Source: Sphingobacteriia bacterium
GTDB lineage: Bacteria; Bacteroidota; Bacteroidia; Bacteroidales; UBA7960
Reading direction: 5' to 3'
Length of the DNA: 57,572 nucleotides
Assembly (NCBI GenBank): GCA_041642035.1
Contig: JBEPXC010000002.1
Coordinates: forward strand, 1-57,572
Made by a program: the position numbers and the translations under genes
Shown here: piece by piece, positions 46,225-56,061 of the stretch
How the letters are laid out: every line of letters begins with the position of its first letter
How positions within the stretch are numbered: the stretch's first letter is position 1
The notes under the pieces: model-generated
Told to the model about the DNA's origin: nothing
Database searches by the model: none
The model's input: only the letters and a program-made list of their open reading frames with translations

Positions 46225-46818
46225 ATGCTGAAAATAGCAGTTACAGGCAACATGGGAAGTGGGAAAACATCTGTTTGTAAGGTTTTTAATGTATTGGGTA
46301 TACCTATATTTTATGCAGATAAGGAGGCAAAAAGACTTTATGAAGATCCCGGGATTTTGAAGCAACTCACCACCCGATTGGGCAATCATATTCTCAACAC
46401 GGACGGAAAAATTAACACCCAGGCCCTGGCAGAGATTATTTTCAAAGACCAGTCTGCCATGAAATATGTAAGTAGTATAATTCATCCCCGGGTAGGAATT
46501 TTATATGATCAATGGGCTTTAAGACAAATAAACGCCCCCTATTGCATACAGGAGTCAGCTCTGGTATTTGAAACGCAAACCCACGAAAAATTCGACAAAA
46601 TCATCCTTGTATATGCTCCCGAAGAAATGCTCCTAGAGAGAGTGACGAAACGCGATGGCTCTGACAAAAAGCAAGCCCTGCGAAGACTGCATTACCAATG
46701 GGAACAAGATAAAAAACGATCCCTTTCTCACTATTCCATCCTCAATGATAATCAGTCTATGATAATTCCACAAATACTGGACATCCATAAGGAACTGATC
46801 AAAATAAGCACCTCCTGA
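46225..46818 (+). CDS. coaE: dephospho-CoA kinase
   Basis: 197 aa with P-loop VTGNMGSGKTSV and the typical length. Confidence 0.9.
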   Translation: MLKIAVTGNMGSGKTSVCKVFNVLGIPIFYADKEAKRLYEDPGILKQLTTRLGNHILNTDGKINTQALAEIIFKDQSAMKYVSSIIHPRVGILYDQWALRQINAPYCIQESALVFETQTHEKFDKIILVYAPEEMLLERVTKRDGSDKKQALRRLHYQWEQDKKRSLSHYSILNDNQSMIIPQILDIHKELIKISTS

Positions 46819-46984
46819 TTGAACTTCCCATACTGGTTTCGACGAATAACAACGCATACGCTTTCTCAACTGACATTACTGAAGCCGGCCACCCGCTCCT
46901 ACCTTTAGCAAAAACTCCTTCTCACCTAATTGAAGTGAAGCAAATAAATATTGCTTTTTCCCGATAGGATTAGCGAGAAAATAG

Positions 46985-46992
46985 TATTTTTG
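46985..46992 (+). promoter_or_regulatory. -7 box candidate (TATTTTTG) for sucD
   Basis: Exact TAnnTTTG match 78 nt upstream of the sucD ATG. Confidence 0.3.
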
Positions 46993-47069
46993 AAACCTGC
47001 AAACAGCAACTTTGGTAATAAAAAACAGTTGCTTTACCCTAACGAGACAAACAAATAATATAACAACAC

Positions 47070-47945
47070 ATGAGTATTCTGGTAAATAAAAATTCAAGAG
47101 TGATAATACAAGGCTTCACGGGGTCCGAAGGTACTTTTCATGCTACCCAAATGATTGAATACGGGACAGCGGTGGTAGGAGGCGTAACACCTGGAAAAGG
47201 GGGCACCATGCATCTGGATTTACCGGTTTTTGACCGGGTAGACCAGGCGGTAAAAGAAGCAGGAGCCGATGTAAGTGTAATATTTGTTCCCCCGGCTTTT
47301 GCAGCAGATGCGATCATGGAGGCCGCTGATGCAGGCATTAAAGTTATAGTATGCATTACTGAAGGCATTCCTGTCAACGACATGATTTCTGTAAAAGAAT
47401 ATCTCAGAAACAAAGAAAGCCGTTTAATTGGGCCCAACTGCCCCGGCATCATTACTCCCGGAGAATGTAAGGTGGGAATAATGCCCGGGTTTATACACAA
47501 CCCCGGAAAGATCGGTATTGTTTCACGCTCAGGAACCTTAACCTACGAAGCCGTAGACCAGGTAACCAAAGCAGGTATGGGTCAATCAACCTGTATTGGC
47601 ATTGGGGGTGATCCAATCATAGGCACTACCACCAAAGATGCCATCGAAATGCTCATGAACGATCCCGATACAGAAGGCATCATTATGATTGGCGAAATAG
47701 GTGGTAGTATGGAAGCTGAAGCCGCCTATTATATAAGAGACTTCGGCAACAAACCGGTGGTAAGCTTTATTGCAGGAGCTACGGCACCCAAAGGACGCAC
47801 CATGGGTCATGCAGGAGCCATTATTGGTGGTAAGGCAGATACCGCCGAAGCCAAAAAGGAAATTCTCATCGCATGCGGGGTTACTTATGTAGACTCTCCT
47901 GCTGATATAGGTATTACAATGAAAAAAGTGCTGCAAAGCAGATAA
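47070..47945 (+). CDS. sucD: succinate--CoA ligase subunit alpha
   Basis: 291 aa. [23 protein letters not shown] and phosphohistidine loop GHAGAIIGG. No sucC is adjacent. Confidence 0.97.
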   Translation: MSILVNKNSRVIIQGFTGSEGTFHATQMIEYGTAVVGGVTPGKGGTMHLDLPVFDRVDQAVKEAGADVSVIFVPPAFAADAIMEAADAGIKVIVCITEGIPVNDMISVKEYLRNKESRLIGPNCPGIITPGECKVGIMPGFIHNPGKIGIVSRSGTLTYEAVDQVTKAGMGQSTCIGIGGDPIIGTTTKDAIEMLMNDPDTEGIIMIGEIGGSMEAEAAYYIRDFGNKPVVSFIAGATAPKGRTMGHAGAIIGGKADTAEAKKEILIACGVTYVDSPADIGITMKKVLQSR

Positions 47946-47981
47946 TTCAAATTTTATCTTCTTTTAAATCCCTATTTTATA

Positions 47982-48020
47982 AAGGGGGTTATGTCCTAAA
48001 GGTCATAATCCCCTTTTTTG
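47982..48020 (+). terminator. rho-independent terminator of sucD
   Basis: 12-bp stem aagggggttatg (47982-47993) / cataatcccctt (48004-48015, one G-U), followed by ttttttgttttt. Confidence 0.8.
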
Positions 48021-48115
48021 TTTTTCTATTGTCCTGTATCAGCTATCAGTGCGGCTTTTTCGGCAAAGCAGTCAATCACAAAATAGTTTAAGTATATTTA
48101 TGAACTCTATTTGTC

Positions 48116-48146
48116 GTGTACATTACCCTTTTCTTAGAATGTACAC
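48116..48146. repeat. 9-bp inverted repeat gtgtacatt / aatgtacac
   Basis: Perfect arms at 48116-48124 and 48138-48146 with a 13-nt spacer. Lies ~16 nt downstream of the near-consensus box tatattta (48093-48100). Confidence 0.6.
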
Positions 48147-48250
48147 ACGAGGATTTCAGATGCTATGCCTTATGTCTGCATGGGCAGGAGAGCATATGGC
48201 TTCGATGCATTCCCTGTTCGGGTAAACCTGATACCAATTCCCAACCAAAG

Positions 48251-48326
48251 CGCTATCATAAGCGTATTTGCACGCTTATGATACGCTTATGATACGCTTA
48301 TGGTACGCTTATGGTACGCTTATGGT
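48251..48326 (+). repeat. 11-bp phased tandem repeat (acgcttatgat x2, acgcttatggt x3) preceded by one inverted unit
   Basis: Direct units at 48272-48326. The inverted unit atcataagcgt (48255-48265) lies 6 nt before unit 1, giving an 11-12 bp hairpin. Confidence 0.9.
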
Positions 48327-48410
48327 AGGACAATGATGTCTGGTTTTCCATTAAATAAAATTAGATTTGTTCTTCTCATATAGGGGTAGTCATGATGAGC
48401 TTAATAACAA

Positions 48411-48447
48411 AAAAAAAGCCCGAAACCTAAGCCCCGGACTTTTTTTG
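48411..48447 (-). terminator. A-tract / weak hairpin / T-tract terminator after the tandem-DUF3494 gene
   Basis: aaaaaaa gcccg ...loop... ccggac ttttttt. The GC stem is short with one mismatch. On the - strand the hairpin is followed by a T-run. Lies 12 nt from the stop codon. Confidence 0.45.
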
Positions 48448-48458
48448 TTTCTATTTAT

Positions 48459-50084
48459 TTACTGTTGAACAACCAATTTTCCTATTTGAATGGTTTTACC
48501 ATTGCTTATTATCTTATAGAAAAACAATCCTGAAGAAAGCCCAGACGTTTCAAGAACAGTGAGTTCCTGGTTGAGTGGGATATTTATCACTTCAGATCCA
48601 ATAATATTATATATTCTCAACTCAGCTTTCATTAATTGCGAAACATCATTGACCAAAATGGTGGTTGAATGCCTGGATGGATTGGGATATATGGTAACTG
48701 CATCATAAAGTGCCTGTGGTGATTGAACATTTAAAGTTGCACAGTTATCTGGCATTGTTTCTGCCCCGGCAGTAATTGCCATGGTAGATAAAGCACCATT
48801 GGTGGTAAGTGCTCTTCCATCAAGAACAACTCCTGTGTTAATGACTCCTAAAGAACCGTTATTGCATATTATGTTTCCTCGGAAAGTTGAATAATCGTTT
48901 ATCGATACGGCACCTTCAATCTTCCAGAAAACATTTTTTGCCTGAGCTCCGTTTAGCAGCGCAACCATTGAATAAGTACTTGTCGTTAGTGCTCCGTTTA
49001 TCTGTATAACAAATACTGCATCTGCATTACCTTGTGCATTCAGGAAAACGGTATCAGTTAATGTTGCAGCCCCACCCATAAGATAGGTATGCGGTGTAAG
49101 AACCAGGCTATTCCCAAATTGTGCAGGATACAATAATTCGATATCATAAGAAAGGGTGTTGACATAATCATATGCAACCAACAGATCAGATGCAGCTTGT
49201 GCTGTAGAGCCGTCAGGAATAGGATGAATGGTTCCGGTAACAAGCAATGAATCAAAGCCAGTTGTTAATCCTACATTAGTACCAACATCACCAGTTACAT
49301 TGGTGATACCTGAGTTCGAAACCGCACCATCAGAAGAAAATATTGCATAACAGGCTGCTGCACCTAGCTCGGGAGCAATCGGGCCATTAAGCGTGGGGCT
49401 TCCACATCCGATAGGAGTATATGCCAGTACACCATCAATAGTTATTGCCCCTGAGGTAGTTAATGCTCTTCCTTCAAGGGTGTCGCCAGAGTTCATTTCA
49501 ATGGCTGCATTGTTGGCTATAATAGTTCCTTTCATCGAAGTACCTGAAGCTATACTTACCAAACCTTCGACTTTCCAAAACACATTGCAGGCCAATGCTC
49601 CATTAATCAGTTTAATTTTCGAATCAGCATTCGTAGAAAAGGGTGCTTCAAGTTTAAAAATAAAAACAGCATCGGGATTACCTTCTGCATCTAAGGTAAG
49701 GTCTAGATTAAGTGTAGTTGCTTCTGTTATAGAATACACACCGGCTTTTAGAATTTGTCCGTTTCCTAATAATGCTGCAGGAAACAATGTTGGTGTTGTA
49801 GCCTCAAGCTGATTGTAAGCAATCAGCAGATCTGCTGCAGCTTGTGCACTTACACCATCGGCATCGTGCATAACGCCATTTACATTTCCGAAAGCGGTAC
49901 TGGAACCATTATTGGTCCCAACATTTCCGGTAAGATGCGAGTTACCTGAATTACTAACTGCCCCATCCGTAGAAAACAAAACAAAATCTGCTGCCGTTCC
50001 CAGGTTAGGCGCTTGGGCCAAATTGATGAACGGGGAAAAAAGTAGCGTAACGGCTAGCAATGAATACAGTAATTTATTTTTCAT
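48459..50084 (-). CDS. secreted protein with two tandem DUF3494 ice-binding-like domains and a T9SS C-terminal sorting domain
   Basis: Start at the internal Met gives signal peptide MKNKLLYSLLAVTLLFSPFINLAQA. Two ~210-aa copies of the pattern LGTAADFVLFS..GAVSN.G....TG.VGTN ... DAVFIF....GALACNVFWK.EG ... GRALTT.GAI. The C-terminus VTIYPNPSRHSTTILV...LRIYNIIGSEV...GLFFYKI...GKLVVQ is a Por_Secre_tail-type CTD. Confidence 0.8.
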   Translation of the reverse strand: MKNKLLYSLLAVTLLFSPFINLAQAPNLGTAADFVLFSTDGAVSNSGNSHLTGNVGTNNGSSTAFGNVNGVMHDADGVSAQAAADLLIAYNQLEATTPTLFPAALLGNGQILKAGVYSITEATTLNLDLTLDAEGNPDAVFIFKLEAPFSTNADSKIKLINGALACNVFWKVEGLVSIASGTSMKGTIIANNAAIEMNSGDTLEGRALTTSGAITIDGVLAYTPIGCGSPTLNGPIAPELGAAACYAIFSSDGAVSNSGITNVTGDVGTNVGLTTGFDSLLVTGTIHPIPDGSTAQAASDLLVAYDYVNTLSYDIELLYPAQFGNSLVLTPHTYLMGGAATLTDTVFLNAQGNADAVFVIQINGALTTSTYSMVALLNGAQAKNVFWKIEGAVSINDYSTFRGNIICNNGSLGVINTGVVLDGRALTTNGALSTMAITAGAETMPDNCATLNVQSPQALYDAVTIYPNPSRHSTTILVNDVSQLMKAELRIYNIIGSEVINIPLNQELTVLETSGLSSGLFFYKIISNGKTIQIGKLVVQQ

Positions 50085-50286
50085 AGTTTTAAATATTAGT
50101 GGGTGTGAATGAATTTTCACTCCACAAAGGTGGGGCTAATAATCCCGGAGGGGATTACACTGCCAAAGTTTTAAGTTACATGTATCACTGATTTTGGAAA
50201 GTCAAATCATCGCCCTATATATACGGGCCGATTTGCAGATCCTTCTCTTATAGATCAAAGGCTGGACGCTCTATGCTGAAAACGTT

Positions 50287-51315
50287 TTATCTGCTTTTGC
50301 TGCCATATCGGGTAAAGGGGGTTGCGTCCTGAAGGGCAAAATCCCCTTTAATATATTTGTAATATCCCGTAATAGCAATCATGGCAGCATTATCGGTGCT
50401 GTATTCAAATCTGGGAATAAATACCTGCCAGCCCGATGCTTGTTGTTCATCGAGCATAGCTTGTCGTAGTGCGGAGTTGGCCGATACACCTCCCGCAATA
50501 GCAATTTGCCGGATGCCTGTTTCTTTAGCTGCTTTTCTGAGTTTATTCATCAGGATTTCAACAATGGTATATTGAACGGAAGCACTTAAATCGTGCTTGT
50601 TCTTCTCGATAAAAAGAGAATCTTCTTTTAATCTGTCGCGAAGAAAGTAAAGGATAGAGGTTTTTAGCCCACTGAAGGAAAAGTCAAGGCCGGAGATATT
50701 GGGATGGGGAAATTTAAAAGCAAGTGGATTGCCTTCTTTGGCCATTTTGTCAATAAGTGGCCCTCCCGGATAAGGCAATCCCATAATTTTTGCCGCTTTA
50801 TCAAAGGTCTCGCCTGCTGCATCATCTATGGTCTGGCCGATTACCTGCATATCAAAATGATTTCTGATGAGCATAATTTGAGTATGTCCACCTGATACGG
50901 TAAGGCATAAAAAAGGAAATTCAGGATTTTTTTGCTGTATTTCATCCTCAATAAAATGAGCCAGAATATGCGCGTGCATGTGATTAACTTCGATCAAGGG
51001 AATCCCTAATGCCATAGAAAATGATTTGGCAAAAGAGGCCCCGACCAATAATGAACCTAAAAGACCAGGACCATTGGTAAAAGCTACAGCGTGGAGTTGA
51101 TTTTTATTTATCTTTGCCTCTTCTAAGGCTTTGTGCACCACAGGAATAATGTTCTGTTGATGAGCCCGCGATGCAAGCTCTGGCACTACACCACCATAGA
51201 ATTTATGAACATCTTGATTAGCAATAATATTGGCAAGAATTTTGTTATTATTCAATACCGCAGCGGAAGTATCATCACAAGAAGATTCGATTCCCAGAAT
51301 ATATGTATCCATCAA
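50287..51315 (-). CDS. tsaD: tRNA N6-adenosine threonylcarbamoyltransferase
   Basis: 342 aa. ILGIESSCDDTS, HMHAHILAH and GGVSANS motifs. Confidence 0.95.
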   Translation of the reverse strand: MMDTYILGIESSCDDTSAAVLNNNKILANIIANQDVHKFYGGVVPELASRAHQQNIIPVVHKALEEAKINKNQLHAVAFTNGPGLLGSLLVGASFAKSFSMALGIPLIEVNHMHAHILAHFIEDEIQQKNPEFPFLCLTVSGGHTQIMLIRNHFDMQVIGQTIDDAAGETFDKAAKIMGLPYPGGPLIDKMAKEGNPLAFKFPHPNISGLDFSFSGLKTSILYFLRDRLKEDSLFIEKNKHDLSASVQYTIVEILMNKLRKAAKETGIRQIAIAGGVSANSALRQAMLDEQQASGWQVFIPRFEYSTDNAAMIAITGYYKYIKGDFALQDATPFTRYGSKSR

Positions 51316-51393
51316 ATTTTTGAATGCTGAAAGAGTGTTTGAAAACCTAAATTATAAACAGGAGGCAAAGTTATAAAAAAAACACCTGTCATA

Positions 51394-54300
51394 GTGCTTC
51401 TTACTATTATCGCCATGGCTGTAATACCATCAGTGGTGTTCTTTTCCTTGCGCTCGGCCTCCGTACAGACCTATCTGGCAGGAAAAGCAGCAGATTATCT
51501 CTCAAAAGAACTCGATGCTACTATAAGCGTAGGTGGGGTTAACATCTCACTCTTCCTCAATATCATTCTCGAAGATGTGGAAGTTTTGGATCAAAATCAT
51601 TCACCCCTGATCAGCAGCAAAAGAATGATCCTTGATATAGATCGCATTTCACCTTCAAAACGCATGATGGTGGTAAATAAAATCCATTTTGATCAGGCTA
51701 CTGTTTTAGTTGGAAAACAAAAAGGGGAAGAAGATTTCAACATTAAATTTTTAACCGACTATTTTTTACAGGAAGAACGAGCGGATACCCTCAAATTTCC
51801 CAAATGGGAGGTTACCGTGCTTTCTTTTGAATTTTCCAATGCCAAACTATCGCTTAACGACCAAAACTTCCAACCTACAGCAGATGGCTTCGATTACAAT
51901 CACTTCGTGTTTGACCATCTGGACATTGAAGTTAAGGATATTCTCCTGGATAATAACATATTAGAGGCACGAATTAAGAACTTCTCTGTTGAAGAATCAA
52001 AAGGATTCGCTATCAGTTCGCTTTCTGCACATCTTTTTATTAGTCCTTCAGGCAGTCGTTTGAAAGACTTCCTTTTTAAAAGCAATGAGAGCCTGCTAAG
52101 TATTACCATCGATGCCCAATATGATGGATATCATGCATTTAATAATTTTATCCGGGATGTAGAGTTAAATGTAAACATCAACCCCTCCAGAATAGCTCTT
52201 TATGAACTGGGCCATTTTATTCCGGATTTATATGGAATAGAAGGCAAACTGGCATTAAATGGAAAGGTATCAGGGAAGGTAGATAATCTTAGGGGAAAAG
52301 ATATTGCTCTTCAATACGGCAAGTTAACGCAGTTTAATGGTAATTTTAATGTAGTAGGTTTACCCAATATTGATGAGACCTTTCTTACTCTGTCCGTTGA
52401 ACAATTGGTTACCAACAAGCCTGACCTGGAATCGGTAAAACTCCCCAATTCCTTTGAGCAAACCCATATTGTATTGCCTGAAGAAGTTGCTAAATTGGGG
52501 ATAACTTCTTTCTCCGGAAATTTCACCGGCTTTTTGTATGATTTTGTGGCTTTTGGAAATTTCAAAACTGCCCTGGGTAGTATTTCTACCGATATTGCCA
52601 TAGTAAGCAAAAACGACTATAAGGATATTACCTATACGGGTAACATTGCCACTAAAGGCTTTGCACTGAATCGTTTGGTAAACGATTCAGAAAACTTTGG
52701 CAATGTTTCTCTATCTACCCATATTGAAGGCAAAGGTTTTAATGCAGACAATTTAAATGTCAGGCTTACAGGTCAAATTCATTCCATTGAATTTAGGAAT
52801 TATAATTACCAACAACTTAAGGTAGCCGGCAATTTCAGCAATCAAATGTTTAATGGAAGTTTCGTTGTTGACGATCCCAATATATTTCTTGATTTTGGGG
52901 GCGTAATAGATTATAAAGAAAAAACACCAGAATTAAACTTTACCGCTGAGGTAAAAAACGCCAACCTAAGCAAGCTCAACATTTACCAGAGAGATTCCTT
53001 GTTTCACAGCCTTCTGTCAACAGAAATAAAGGTCAATGGTAAAGGAACAAGTCTGGCCAACATTGAAGGAGAAATAAATGCTTACTCTACATCCTATGAG
53101 GAGAGGTTGATTACCAATCCCGACAGCATTGTGCAAAACATAATACAAACGGATGTAATTGCCCTTGAGAATAAAATAACCCCTGGTGATGACAAAGATC
53201 TGCGCTTCTATTCCGATTTTCTGGATGTGCAAATTGAAGGTGAACTGCATTACGATAAATTAATGGGTTCATTAAACCATTTCTTTTATACTTACGCTCC
53301 TTCGATTTTCAAAAATGTCCCCCAGGAAATGGAGGTTGTTACCCAGCATGCGGAATATAAAATTCACTTCAAAAACACACTGGAGATTACTCGTGTATTT
53401 GCTCCTTTTATTCAAATTGCGCCCCATTCTTTCTTTAATGGCCATATTAATACTACCGGCAATGAGTTCTCTTTTGGGGGAAGCACTCATTATCTGGTGC
53501 TTGCTGATAATCTGCTCAAAGACCCTGAGATCAACATCCATTCTGATTCCACTCATCTGGAAATAGTTACCCGCAGTGACAAGCTGTTTTTAACAGACAG
53601 TATCTGGATGGAGCAATTTTTTATTTCCGGATTAATATCACATGACTCCATAAGCCTGCATACCCAATGGGAAAACAACGGCACAGACAATAAAAATCTA
53701 GGAAGTATTAGAACACAAGGTCATATTTTGTCACCTAATAAGGCTGAATTCTCCATATTGCCCTCATATGCTTATATTAACGATTCTTTATGGTCGATAC
53801 AACCCGGTAATAAAATACTTGTTGACTCTAGCTCTATTGCCGTAGAAGGGTTTCACCTTTATAAGAAAAATGAGTTCCTGAAGGTTTTTGGAAGTTTAAG
53901 TGATGACCCTAATGATATTTTAAATATTAAGCTTAATAATTTCAATCTGGAAAGCCTCTCTTATTTATTGGGTGACAGAAAGGTGGATTTTTCCGGTATT
54001 GCCAGTGGAGAGCTGGAGCTATCGAATATAAGAACAACACCCACCATATTAACAGAACTGCTGATAAAAGATTTTGCTTTCAACAAAGATCTCCTGGGCG
54101 ATCTTTCTCTCATCAGCCAATGGGATGCCAAACAAAAAGCCTTTAAAATAGACTCAGAAGTAATCTATTTTGGCAATGTAGGTTCTAATAAACCCATTGT
54201 GGCCAGTGGATATTTTTATCCTGAAAGAGAAAAAGACAATTTTGACATCGACATTACCATAGAAAACCTCAAGATGTCAATTTTCGGTAGGTATATTGAA

Positions 54301-55878
54301 GATTTTGCTTCTAATTTCAGAGGGCTGGCATCCGGACAATTAAAGCTTCGGGGGCCTTTAACGGCACCCGAACTCAGCGGCAGGGCCCGATTGGTAAGAA
54401 CGGGCTTCAGAGTCGATTACCTCAACACGGCCTATTCTTTTGCCCATGAGGTAGTGGTAGAAAAAAACTATTTTAAATTCGATAATCTGATGCTAAATGA
54501 TACCCTGGGAAATTCCGCAAGAGTATCGGGCATCGTCAGGCACAACAATTTTTACAATTTTGTTGTTGATATAAACCTTTATCCTGAAGAATTGGTGGTG
54601 CTCAACACTCAACCGCATCATAATGAATTATTTTATGGTACGGCCTTCGCCACCGGCCTGGCAAGAGTTCACGGGCCGGTGAACGATATCAGGATAAATG
54701 TGGCTGCAACCTCCAACAGAGGCACCCAAATATTTTTACCCCTTGATTATTTTGGGGAAATAAAAGAATCGAGCTTTATTTCTTTTGTTTCATCCAATGG
54801 TAATGATGACCAGGAGGTAATCTATAAGACACCACAAAATCTGGGCCTTTCACTAAATTTTGACCTCACCCTTACCCCTGAGGCTGAAGTACAAATTATC
54901 TTCGACTCGCAAATTGGAGATATAATGAGAGGGCGTGGGTTTGGTGATATAAAAATGGAAATTGATAAACAAGGATCTTTTTTTATGTATGGCGACTATA
55001 CCATACAGGAAGGAGACTATCTTTTCACACTGCAAAATTTAATCAATAAACGATTTAGGGTAGAACAAGGAGGAACGATAAGATGGAAAGGCGACCCCTA
55101 TGATGCGGATATTGACCTCCGGGCCATATACCGGCTTCGTACTTCACTCTTTGACCTTGCAGCCAATCAATCGGATACTTCGGATGTATATAGAAGACGA
55201 GTTCCCATTGAAACCGTTCTGCACCTGGAGGACAAGCTCTTTAATCCTTCCATCAGCTTTGAGATACAACTTCCCGGCAGTGATGAATCAACACGCGAGA
55301 TGATTGAGCGGCTTATATCTACAGAACAGGAGATGAACAGACAGGTCTTTTCATTACTTATCCTCAACAGGTTTGTTCCACCTGAAGATGGCTTCAACAG
55401 TGCTTTAAGTTATGGCATGGGATCAACCTCTACTGAACTTCTTTCAAATCAGTTAAGCAATTGGCTTTCACAAATAAGTACAGACTTCGACATTGGCGTT
55501 AATTATCGTCCCGGCGATGAAATAAGCAGCCAGGAAGTGGAGCTTGCCCTATCCACACAGTTATTTGATGATCGGGTGGTGATAGACGGAAATGTGGGTG
55601 TAGCAGGCAATCACCCGGCACAGACCCAACGAACAAGCAACATTATTGGGGATGTTAACGTAGAGGTAAAAATTACTCCTGAAGGAAAATTCCGCGTAAA
55701 AGCCTTTAACCGATCCAATACCTTCGATTTACTTAATACCAATGCACCCTACACGCAGGGAGTTGGTATATTTTACCGCCGTGAATTTGATAATTTATCA
55801 GATCTCTTCCGAAAACAAAGACGAACCGTGCTGGAGATACCTGAACTGGAGGACGCCGAGAGTTCTGTTGCGGAATAG
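51394..55878 (+). CDS. tamB: translocation and assembly module protein TamB (DUF490 C-terminus)
   Basis: 1494 aa with a GTG start (first start after the in-frame stop at 51355-51357). N-terminal TM anchor, a long beta-rich body and a C-terminal DUF490-like segment (GDVNVEVKITPEGKFRVKAFNRSN). Divergent from tsaD, as in other Bacteroidota. Confidence 0.85.
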   Translation: MLLTIIAMAVIPSVVFFSLRSASVQTYLAGKAADYLSKELDATISVGGVNISLFLNIILEDVEVLDQNHSPLISSKRMILDIDRISPSKRMMVVNKIHFDQATVLVGKQKGEEDFNIKFLTDYFLQEERADTLKFPKWEVTVLSFEFSNAKLSLNDQNFQPTADGFDYNHFVFDHLDIEVKDILLDNNILEARIKNFSVEESKGFAISSLSAHLFISPSGSRLKDFLFKSNESLLSITIDAQYDGYHAFNNFIRDVELNVNINPSRIALYELGHFIPDLYGIEGKLALNGKVSGKVDNLRGKDIALQYGKLTQFNGNFNVVGLPNIDETFLTLSVEQLVTNKPDLESVKLPNSFEQTHIVLPEEVAKLGITSFSGNFTGFLYDFVAFGNFKTALGSISTDIAIVSKNDYKDITYTGNIATKGFALNRLVNDSENFGNVSLSTHIEGKGFNADNLNVRLTGQIHSIEFRNYNYQQLKVAGNFSNQMFNGSFVVDDPNIFLDFGGVIDYKEKTPELNFTAEVKNANLSKLNIYQRDSLFHSLLSTEIKVNGKGTSLANIEGEINAYSTSYEERLITNPDSIVQNIIQTDVIALENKITPGDDKDLRFYSDFLDVQIEGELHYDKLMGSLNHFFYTYAPSIFKNVPQEMEVVTQHAEYKIHFKNTLEITRVFAPFIQIAPHSFFNGHINTTGNEFSFGGSTHYLVLADNLLKDPEINIHSDSTHLEIVTRSDKLFLTDSIWMEQFFISGLISHDSISLHTQWENNGTDNKNLGSIRTQGHILSPNKAEFSILPSYAYINDSLWSIQPGNKILVDSSSIAVEGFHLYKKNEFLKVFGSLSDDPNDILNIKLNNFNLESLSYLLGDRKVDFSGIASGELELSNIRTTPTILTELLIKDFAFNKDLLGDLSLISQWDAKQKAFKIDSEVIYFGNVGSNKPIVASGYFYPEREKDNFDIDITIENLKMSIFGRYIEDFASNFRGLASGQLKLRGPLTAPELSGRARLVRTGFRVDYLNTAYSFAHEVVVEKNYFKFDNLMLNDTLGNSARVSGIVRHNNFYNFVVDINLYPEELVVLNTQPHHNELFYGTAFATGLARVHGPVNDIRINVAATSNRGTQIFLPLDYFGEIKESSFISFVSSNGNDDQEVIYKTPQNLGLSLNFDLTLTPEAEVQIIFDSQIGDIMRGRGFGDIKMEIDKQGSFFMYGDYTIQEGDYLFTLQNLINKRFRVEQGGTIRWKGDPYDADIDLRAIYRLRTSLFDLAANQSDTSDVYRRRVPIETVLHLEDKLFNPSISFEIQLPGSDESTREMIERLISTEQEMNRQVFSLLILNRFVPPEDGFNSALSYGMGSTSTELLSNQLSNWLSQISTDFDIGVNYRPGDEISSQEVELALSTQLFDDRVVIDGNVGVAGNHPAQTQRTSNIIGDVNVEVKITPEGKFRVKAFNRSNTFDLLNTNAPYTQGVGIFYRREFDNLSDLFRKQRRTVLEIPELEDAESSVAE

Positions 55879-56061
55879 TATGCTTCTTAAGCAATAAATA
55901 CTTATTACGATTAAGCATCTCAAGTCAAATACAGATTTGCCTCCTGCCTCTTGCTTAGCAAGGCAATTATGAAATTATTTTCTCCAGAATAGCAAAGTTT
56001 TTTTTATGGACTATTGTATAATATTTGTACATTAGAAGTCTAAAAGCCAAACTTTATTATC

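Noticed and set aside
48160-48225. 21-codon ORF (MLCLMSAWAGEHMASMHSLFG) in the sucD / DUF3494 spacer
   Set aside because: It is too short and has no supporting signals beyond a weak gagga upstream. It is kept only as context for the structured spacer.
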